Below are positions 57,629 to 64,000 of a stretch of 64,000 nucleotides of DNA, one piece after another (position 1 is the first letter of the stretch; every line of letters starts with the position of its first letter). Origin of the DNA: an uncultured Ignavibacteria bacterium (GTDB lineage Bacteria > Zixibacteria > MSB-5A5 > JAABVY01 > JAHJOQ01). The position numbers were made by a program, and so were the translations under genes. The notes under the pieces are model-generated. The model did no database searches, was not told the DNA's origin, and was given only the letters and a program-made list of their open reading frames with translations. The stretch covers positions 18,467 through 82,466 of the forward strand of contig CAYQCE010000006.1 in NCBI GenBank assembly GCA_964415885.1, in the 5' to 3' direction.

Positions 57629-60600
57629 CTACTGCGAGTCAATCTGCCTCAGCAGTATCTCGACCGCCTTCTCGAGCTGCTTATCTTGACCCTCAACCAC
57701 GGTTTCAGGATCATTGTCGACAAGATAATCCGGCTCAAGCTGGGCATTCTCGAGGTAGTTACCACGGTTATCGATTATGCCCACTTCCGGAATCCCGAAG
57801 TAGAGCGATCTATCCTGCAGAGTCTCCCACCAGACCGAGGTTGCAGTGCCGGGCACAGGCATACCGACCAGTTCGCCGATACCGAGTTCACGATACGCCC
57901 ACGGGAAGTAATGGGCGTCGGAGTAATTGCCCTCGCTCATAACTACGATTGATGGACGGTTCCATTTGTCCCACGGCTCCTCGCCGACCTTTTGGCCTCT
58001 CGGCACATTGCTGGCGTAAACTTTGCCGCTAAAGAAAGTCACGAGCTGGTTGGTAAGATTTCCGCCTGAGTTAAACCGCGTGTCGACAACCAGCCCCTCC
58101 TTGTCGGCATTGCGACCCAGAATCTCCGAATAGACATCTCTGAAGCTGCGATCACTCATACTGCGGATATGCACATATCCGAGTCTTCCATCGGAAAGAC
58201 GTTCGGTTTCGGCGCGACGGCTCTCTATCCACCGTTCGTAAAGAAGCCCCCGCTCCGCCCCGAGGCTGATCGGCTTCACAACTTCGTTGAATGTGCCGTC
58301 ATTGTCACGCAGGTTCAATCGCACGTTCTTACCGGCCTTGTGATTAAGAAGTGGATAGAAGTTCATCCCCTCCTCGATCGGGACACCATCGATTTCGAGT
58401 ATGACCGTTCCTTCAGAGATTTTCGTCCCCGGTTTCGAAAGCGGCGATTTTTCAATTATCTCCGCTATTCTCACTCCGGGACCATCATGCTCCGAATCGT
58501 AGAACGCACCGAGTGCCGCCGTGGCGTCTCCGCCCTCCACATTAGAACGATAGCCTGCACCGGTGTGGGATGCGTTCAGCTCGCCGAGCATTTCCGAGAG
58601 CATGTCTGCAAAGTCATGATTGTTGGTTATGTGCGGAAGAAACCGCGCGTACTCCTTCTTGTAGAAGTCCCAATCGACTCCATGCAGGTCCTTCTTGTAG
58701 AATTTCTCTCTTACCTGCCGCCACACGTGTTCAAACAGATGCTCCCGCTCCGCAGCCGGATCGAGATACATCCTGGCGCTGTGACTCACAGGTTTCTTGT
58801 CGCCGCTCCCGATTTCGATCTTCACGAGCTTGCCGTCGGCCACCATGTAAGCGTTCTTACCCTCATCGTCGAGAATAAACGATGAGATTCGCCTTGCATC
58901 GAGCTTCGTGAGAAGCTTGATCTCGGACTCACGGTGCTTGTAGCTCCAGAGATCATAGTTCTTCTCGAACCGAACCAGATACAGCAACTGCTCGCCGTCG
59001 GGCGTGAGGAGAGCGTCCGCCATCCGGGATGAGTGTATGGTCTGGCGCTTCGTTCGGTTTTTGATGTGATCGAGATCATATTCTACGGGGTCCGGAAGCT
59101 CCTTCGGGGTGAACCAGGCAGATTCGTCCTTATCATCGTCTTTGTCGTCATCGTCATCGTCATCTTTCTTGTCTTTGTCATCCCCGTCCTTACCGTCCTT
59201 TTTCTTTGATTTCTCTTCCTTCTTCTTCCAGATTGCGAGTTCGGATTCGCTGAGGTTGTATTTGTACCACGATTCCTCTGTGAAGAATGTCAGCATGACA
59301 TCATCTTCCGACCCCCAGCTACCGTGGGTTCTCATGCCGTATCGATCGGTCAGGTAGACCATGACCTCGCCGTCGAGCGCCCAGCGTGGCCGGAAGTCCT
59401 CGTAGCCGCTGTTCGTGAGATTGGTAACTTCTCCGCCATCAGCGGACACAAGACCGATCTCCGATGACCATCTGCCGCGATCGATGAACTCGACCAAAAA
59501 ATGGCTGCCGTCAGGGGACCAGCTATACCACTGGTCGCTGTCGGTATACGAGTAGTTCATATCGCCCGGCAGTACGACACGGGTCTTGCCGCTCTCCAGA
59601 TCGATCACCTTGAGCGTAGTTCGATTCTCAAGGTACGCCACTTCTTTTCCATCGGGAGAGTAGCTCGGTCGGAACTCCTCGTTCGCTGTAGCGACAATCT
59701 TCTTCTCATTGAAAGACGTTGCTGCGAAGAAATACGGTTCGTTGTCGTCCGCTATGCTGATCGAGAGAACATCCCAGCTCGTGTCCCGCTCGGCGGCAAA
59801 GAGAATCGATCGGGCATCCGGTGAAAATGAGATCGACCGCTCCTGCTGTGGGGTATCGGTCAGCCGACGGGTATCGCCATGCTCTATCGATGTGACGAAA
59901 ATCTCGCCACGCATGATGAACGCCAATTCCTCGCCTGTCGGTGAAAGCGCGAGTTCGGTTACTCCGCCCGGCGGTGTTATATATTTCTTCTCAGCCATCT
60001 CGCGGTCTGAGACAATCTCGATTTCGAGCTTCCGCTCATCAGCGGCTCCGTAGTCAAGAAGATATATTTCGCCGTTGTAGGTATAGCAGAGATCGCCGTT
60101 GTCAGAGGCTGTCAGGAAACGAACTGGATGATTGTCGTGATTCGTGATTTGAGTCGTTTCACCGGTCTGCAGGTCCCTTCGCCAGACATTGAAAGAACCG
60201 CTCTGTTCGCTCAGATAGAACATCGAATTCTGATCAGGTGCGAAAACGGGATTACGGTCTTCACCCGCGAAATCTGTCAGCTTCTGATGTTCTCCCGTGC
60301 GAGTGTCGTAAAGCCACACATCACGGGCAATTGAGGATGTGTGGTGCTTGCGCCAGTCGTCCTCCGGGCCCTTTCTGTCGTAATAGATGATTCGATTTCC
60401 TGTTTTGTCGTATTTCGCGCCAATTGCCGGCGTAGAAAGAACGCGAACCGGTTTGGCGGCATCGAGCGAAACCGAGTACAGCTCCGGAAGGCTGCCGGAT
60501 GGAAACTGAGCGTTCCGGTGATCGTCGATCCTTGCGGCGGTGAAAAGAACCGTCGAGCCATCCGGCGAAAAACCGCTCGGGAAATCGCCGGTCGAATAGT

Positions 60601-60934
60601 AGGTCAGCCGCTTCGCATCTCCCCCGGAACTCGGCATAACATAAATATCGAAACTGCCGTTTCGGTCGGATGCGAAGGCGATCCTGCTGCCGTCGGGCGA
60701 AAAAACCGGCATGAAATCGTGCGACTCATGTAACGTCAAAGGTATGGCCTCGCCTCCAGATGAAGAGATGCTGTACAGGTCTCCCTTGTATCCGAACACT
60801 ACCTGCTCCCCGTCGGGTGATATTGCCGGATATCGAAGCCATAGTGGCGAGGCGGAAAGGACTGCGGGGAGCATAATCAGAATTAGTAAAGACACTGTTA
60901 AAGTTGAAGCCTTTTGTTCTGGTAGGTCGTTCAT
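57629..60934 (-). CDS. tricorn-type protease (PD40 beta-propellers + PDZ + S41 peptidase)
   Basis: 1101 aa with a signal peptide. It has multiple FSPDG TolB/PD40 repeats and a C-terminal S41 domain (RFNSGGN). There is an internal Asp/Lys low-complexity insert (KKKEEKSKKKDGKDGDDKDKKDDDDDDDKDDDKDE). Confidence 0.8.
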   Translation of the reverse strand: MNDLPEQKASTLTVSLLILIMLPAVLSASPLWLRYPAISPDGEQVVFGYKGDLYSISSSGGEAIPLTLHESHDFMPVFSPDGSRIAFASDRNGSFDIYVMPSSGGDAKRLTYYSTGDFPSGFSPDGSTVLFTAARIDDHRNAQFPSGSLPELYSVSLDAAKPVRVLSTPAIGAKYDKTGNRIIYYDRKGPEDDWRKHHTSSIARDVWLYDTRTGEHQKLTDFAGEDRNPVFAPDQNSMFYLSEQSGSFNVWRRDLQTGETTQITNHDNHPVRFLTASDNGDLCYTYNGEIYLLDYGAADERKLEIEIVSDREMAEKKYITPPGGVTELALSPTGEELAFIMRGEIFVTSIEHGDTRRLTDTPQQERSISFSPDARSILFAAERDTSWDVLSISIADDNEPYFFAATSFNEKKIVATANEEFRPSYSPDGKEVAYLENRTTLKVIDLESGKTRVVLPGDMNYSYTDSDQWYSWSPDGSHFLVEFIDRGRWSSEIGLVSADGGEVTNLTNSGYEDFRPRWALDGEVMVYLTDRYGMRTHGSWGSEDDVMLTFFTEESWYKYNLSESELAIWKKKEEKSKKKDGKDGDDKDKKDDDDDDDKDDDKDESAWFTPKELPDPVEYDLDHIKNRTKRQTIHSSRMADALLTPDGEQLLYLVRFEKNYDLWSYKHRESEIKLLTKLDARRISSFILDDEGKNAYMVADGKLVKIEIGSGDKKPVSHSARMYLDPAAEREHLFEHVWRQVREKFYKKDLHGVDWDFYKKEYARFLPHITNNHDFADMLSEMLGELNASHTGAGYRSNVEGGDATAALGAFYDSEHDGPGVRIAEIIEKSPLSKPGTKISEGTVILEIDGVPIEEGMNFYPLLNHKAGKNVRLNLRDNDGTFNEVVKPISLGAERGLLYERWIESRRAETERLSDGRLGYVHIRSMSDRSFRDVYSEILGRNADKEGLVVDTRFNSGGNLTNQLVTFFSGKVYASNVPRGQKVGEEPWDKWNRPSIVVMSEGNYSDAHYFPWAYRELGIGELVGMPVPGTATSVWWETLQDRSLYFGIPEVGIIDNRGNYLENAQLEPDYLVDNDPETVVEGQDKQLEKAVEILLRQIDSQ

Positions 60935-61048
60935 GGTGACTCTCCGAAAAACGTGAATGCCTGCTTCTGCTGTTGACGGTCGTGCTTCCGCACAACCGAA
61001 TCAGAGAAATATACGATATTTACAGACGGCCAAACCCAATAATTTGGG

Positions 61049-61225
61049 GCTTGTTGAAAAACCACAGGACAACGATCATTGCGAGTGAGCGTAGCGAGCG
61101 TGGCAATCTCAAAGCAGCCGTATAGTATTTCCTGACTATGAGATCGCCGCGCCATTCCGCCTCCGCGGGACTCCTCGCGATGACAGCTTTTCCAGCAATA
61201 CGCAATACGAACTTTTTCAACAAGC
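61049..61225. repeat. MITE-like element with perfect 13-bp terminal inverted repeats
   Basis: GCTTGTTGAAAAA (61049-61061) and its exact reverse complement TTTTTCAACAAGC (61213-61225) flank 151 bp of non-coding sequence. The same 13-mer occurs at 56193 and 25215. Confidence 0.45.
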
Positions 61226-61352
61226 TCATTTGTTTCGGGGAACTCATCTGTCTGTCGGATTGTCGAATAGCTTGCGGATAATGGCCAAACACGCCATATT
61301 CAGTGCTTGATACGACGGAGTCATTGAATTCAGGCTCAATAAGGAGCGAAAC

Positions 61353-61700
61353 TTGAGAATCGACAACGATTTTCTGCTGATTATTAAGTCATCGGCTCTC
61401 GGAGAGGGCGAAATCGATCTCGGATCGAAATTGATGGGCAGCTTTCTCACCATGATTCTCGAGTCGGGCAGATTGCCGGAGAAGTTGATATTCTTTAATT
61501 CGGGAATCTACCTGACAACAGAGGGCTCTTCGGTTGCGGAAACGCTGCAGGGATACCTCGAAGCGGGAACCAAAGTGCTGACCTGTGGTACATGTCTCGA
61601 TTATTATGATCGAAAGGAGAATCTGATTATCGGCGAGGCCACGAACATGAAAGATACGGTGGATGCCATCAATTCTCACGGGAAGGTTGTGACCGTCTGA
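61353..61700 (+). CDS. DsrE/YchN-like (YedF C-terminal-domain-like) protein, candidate selenium-handling partner of SelD
   Basis: 115 aa. Residues LIIKSSALGEG...LTCGTCLDYY...GKVVTV align to the DsrE/YchN pattern (..KLCKTC....KVLTF). Its stop overlaps the selD ATG (TGATG). Confidence 0.5.
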   Translation: MRIDNDFLLIIKSSALGEGEIDLGSKLMGSFLTMILESGRLPEKLIFFNSGIYLTTEGSSVAETLQGYLEAGTKVLTCGTCLDYYDRKENLIIGEATNMKDTVDAINSHGKVVTV

Positions 61701-62746
61701 TGCACAGAAGAGATGAGATAATTAAGCTGACCGCTATGGTTTCCTGCGCGGGGTGAGCCTCGAAACTGGGAGCGGGTCCGCTCCGAGAGGTGCTCGCGCA
61801 GTTGCCGCAGGCAGCCAACCCTGATTTGATCGTCGGTTCCAACGCCGCCGATGATGCGGGAGTGTATCGTCTAAACGAAACGCAGGCGCTGGTCGTGACG
61901 TGCGACTTCTTTCCGCCGATAGTCGACGATCCTTACATGTTCGGCCAGATCGCAGCCGCAAATGCTCTCTCCGATGTCTACGCCATGGGCGGTCGGCCTC
62001 TGGTTGCTTTGAACATCCTGTGCTTCCCGTACGGCAAGATCGATGACAGCATAATGGTGAAGCTGCTGACCGGCGGGCACGACAAGGTCGTGGAAGCCGG
62101 AGCTGTGGTCGCTGGCGGTCATTCGGTCAAAGACAGTGAGATGAAATACGGCCTTTCGGTAACGGGTATCGTAGAGATCAACAGAATCATGGCCAATTCG
62201 ACTGCTCGCACCGGTGACAGGCTGATCCTGACAAAGGCACTCGGCACCGGTATTGTTTCTACGGCAATGAAGAAAGATATGGCGCCTGATCATCTCGTCG
62301 AGTGTACCGTTCAGCAGATGGCGCAACTGAACCGACACGCATCCGAGGTCGCGCTGAAATACCGTACGTCCGCAATTACCGATATCACCGGTTTCGGTTT
62401 GATCGGGCATACGCTCGAAATTGCACAGGGTTCCTGTAAGGCGATCCGCATAGACAGCGAGTCGGTTCCAGTGATTGACGGTACAGCGGATCTTGCGATG
62501 AAGGGCTGTCTGACAGGCGGGGGGAACGACAACCGCAAATACGCCGAAGCGTGTGTCAAGTACGAAACCGATTTGCCGGAGTCGATGATACACGTGCTCC
62601 ATGATCCGCAGACCTCGGGCGGGCTCCTGATTGCGATCCACCCGGATGACGCCGAATCGGCTATAGCCGAGATCAGGACTGAAATGACTGAAGCGGAAAT
62701 CATCGGCGAAGTCATCGACGGGACACCGGGTATCACGATCATATGA
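61700..62746 (+). CDS. selD: selenide, water dikinase (selenophosphate synthetase) SelD, selenocysteine-containing
   Basis: ATG at 61700 opens MHRRDEIIKLTAMVSCAG-U-ASKLGAG..., matching the E. coli SelD N-terminus IRLTQYSHGAGCGCK. The in-frame TGA (61754-61756) sits at the Cys17 position. The track ORF (61790..) is the same frame after the TGA. Downstream are the PurM-like SelD domains (DDAGVY, SDVYAMGG, GGHS). Confidence 0.8.
61769..61784 (+). promoter_or_regulatory. bacterial SECIS-like hairpin directing Sec insertion at the selD UGA
   Basis: A 6-bp stem GGAGCG/CGCTCC with a GGUC tetraloop begins 12 nt after the UGA. The loop G and U fall at positions +23/+24 from the U of UGA, as in the E. 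coli fdhF SECIS. Confidence 0.5.
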
Positions 62747-62824
62747 TTCCCACTCGAAACTGCTGATTGACACCGTCCGATTCTCTGATTAGCTTCTAAT
62801 ACCAATTCAAACAGAGGGTTGAGT

Positions 62825-64000
62825 TTGCCCGGTTTATCATTCTATTTCCGCACGATACCTATCGACCCTGATTGTAGTGAGAGACTCGCTGTAGCGGCAG
62901 ACTCATTGAAGCTCTTTCCGGAATATCAAGTCGAACTTCTGTACGGCGATGATCACATACGTTTGTATTTCAGCGGCTATCCGGAATATCCCCAGACCAC
63001 ACTAAACACGAGTCGCTACTTCATTCTTCTCGAGGGCAAGATATATGACCGCGACGATAGTAAGGTGTCGCAGCTCTTATCAGAAGTCGCGGAGGCAGGT
63101 ATCGAGTCTGGCAGAGACACGGCAGAGTTTGCCGAGTTTCTCGGGCAACGACTCTCGATGGCAGACGGTGATTACAATATTGTCGTTATTGATAAGCGTG
63201 ACGGTAACTTCCTGATTCTGAACGACTCATTCGGGAAACTCATGTTGTACAGGTATTCCGACGAGAAACAACTCGCGGTCTCACGGGAAGTGAAGTTCAT
63301 TCAAAACGCGACCGGCATTTCGGAAATTGATTCGTACGGTGCCGCGGAATTCCTGATGCTCCGCCATACCCTCGGCGGTAAAACTCTGCTGAAGAACGTA
63401 CACCGCGTTCCGCATGGCTCGTTCATCAGATCAGTCGGCGCCATTGATCCACAGAGCCGGCCCTACGTTGAATGGGATGTTGCGGAACAAGACTACGGTA
63501 GTAGCAGAACAGAAAATGCAAAACATCTGGCAGAGCTCTTCCTGATTGCTACAGCGAATAGAGAAAGAAAGAAATCCCAGCCTGTGTCTCTGCTCGGCCT
63601 TTCAGGTGGAATGGACTCCCGGTGCGTGCTCGGCTCCCTATACAGATGCGAATCCGATTTCGTGGCAGTGAGTACAATCTCGAATTCGAAAGCCAATCTG
63701 CACGATGTGAAGATTGCCGGTGAACTCGCGAGGTCGTTTGATACGGAATTCATAAGCTGGGTACTCAAGCCGACGCCGCTGAGTGATCGACAGAAACTCG
63801 TTGAGTGCAGGGATGGGCTGAACGGATGCCACATGGCTGTGGCGTTCCAGCTTTACCGGGAAACTTTGTCGAGATTTGGGTCTGGAACAAACTTCTATAC
63901 CGGTGACGGCGGCGCACGAATAAAGACTCCATATCGGCTTTTCAAGAGATTTTCGTCACCGCGTGACGTAATCGAATACGCATTTCTCAGAGTATCGAGG
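62825..64000 (+). CDS. asparagine synthetase (AsnB)-like PP-loop amidotransferase homolog, 5' region (partial, runs off window)
   Basis: Open frame from about 62789 to the window end. It has an SGGMDSR PP-loop ATP pyrophosphatase motif (63605-63625) and a VPHGSFI segment typical of AsnB. There is no N-terminal Cys nucleophile (MCG). The start is uncertain; TTG at 62825 lies 6 nt after AGAGGG. Confidence 0.5.
   Translation, partial: MPGLSFYFRTIPIDPDCSERLAVAADSLKLFPEYQVELLYGDDHIRLYFSGYPEYPQTTLNTSRYFILLEGKIYDRDDSKVSQLLSEVAEAGIESGRDTAEFAEFLGQRLSMADGDYNIVVIDKRDGNFLILNDSFGKLMLYRYSDEKQLAVSREVKFIQNATGISEIDSYGAAEFLMLRHTLGGKTLLKNVHRVPHGSFIRSVGAIDPQSRPYVEWDVAEQDYGSSRTENAKHLAELFLIATANRERKKSQPVSLLGLSGGMDSRCVLGSLYRCESDFVAVSTISNSKANLHDVKIAGELARSFDTEFISWVLKPTPLSDRQKLVECRDGLNGCHMAVAFQLYRETLSRFGSGTNFYTGDGGARIKTPYRLFKRFSSPRDVIEYAFLRVSR

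Noticed and set aside
59109-59357. Ser/Leu low-complexity ORF on + strand
   Set aside because: It is the antisense reading of the Asp/Lys codon runs inside the tricorn protease gene.
61871-62773. 300-aa ORF antisense to selD
   Set aside because: selD on the + strand has conserved PurM-like domains. The antisense ORF is a shadow.

Overview
This looks like a chromosomal segment from an anaerobic bacterium, probably a metagenome bin of an environmental sulfate-reducer-like lineage. GC is roughly 52% and GTG/TTG starts are frequent.

Coding content (about 65 genes):
(1) 223-1312: a TrmO/TsaA-like tRNA methyltransferase and a rubrerythrin/ferritin-like gene.
(2) 1529-2794: a cytoplasmic protein built of about nine tandem ~46-aa repeats.
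(3) 2797-8817: a complete Hmc-type transmembrane redox complex on the + strand in the order hmcE-hmcF-hmcA(16-heme cytochrome c)-hmcB-hmcC, plus an hmcD-like small ORF, ending in a bidirectional terminator.
(4) 8924-15802: a 1726-aa secreted C25 (gingipain-like) cysteine peptidase with a C-terminal dockerin-like module, preceded in the same orientation by a lipoprotein serpin.
(5) 15944-20523: Tag glycosylase, a SAM methyltransferase, a DRG-type GTPase and small hypotheticals.
(6) 20528-24886: an efflux operon of an HlyD adaptor, two FtsX permeases and an ABC ATPase.
(7) 25333-32960: an SPFH lipoprotein, acetyl-CoA hydrolase/transferase, ADP-forming acyl-CoA synthetase, and a pyruvate phosphate dikinase carrying lysine-rich histone-H1-like N- and C-terminal tails.
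(8) 33797-44266: the most unusual region. Twelve tightly packed, translationally coupled minus-strand genes form three tandem paralogous copies of a four-gene membrane module: an FN3/TM/cytoplasmic-domain protein, a 6-TM protein, a bitopic periplasmic protein and a second 6-TM protein. There is no ATPase and I could not assign the module to any described system. Its promoter is followed by a leader containing an intrinsic-terminator hairpin just before the first start codon. Upstream sit a GlmL/EutA-like ASKHA ATPase and a 375-aa partner.
(9) 47802-56161: a polysaccharide biosynthesis/modification cluster with a glycosyltransferase, Wzx flippase, several acyltransferases and an SDR.
(10) 56303-60934: a cysteine desulfurase and a tricorn-type protease.
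(11) 61353-62746: a DsrE/YedF-like gene translationally coupled to a selenocysteine-containing selD with an in-frame TGA and a downstream SECIS-like hairpin.
(12) 62825-64000: a partial AsnB-like gene running off the window.

Non-coding: a family of short intergenic repeats (shared motifs GCTTGTTGAAAAA and GGTCAGGTCAC) occurs at four loci. No rRNA, tRNA or CRISPR arrays were seen.
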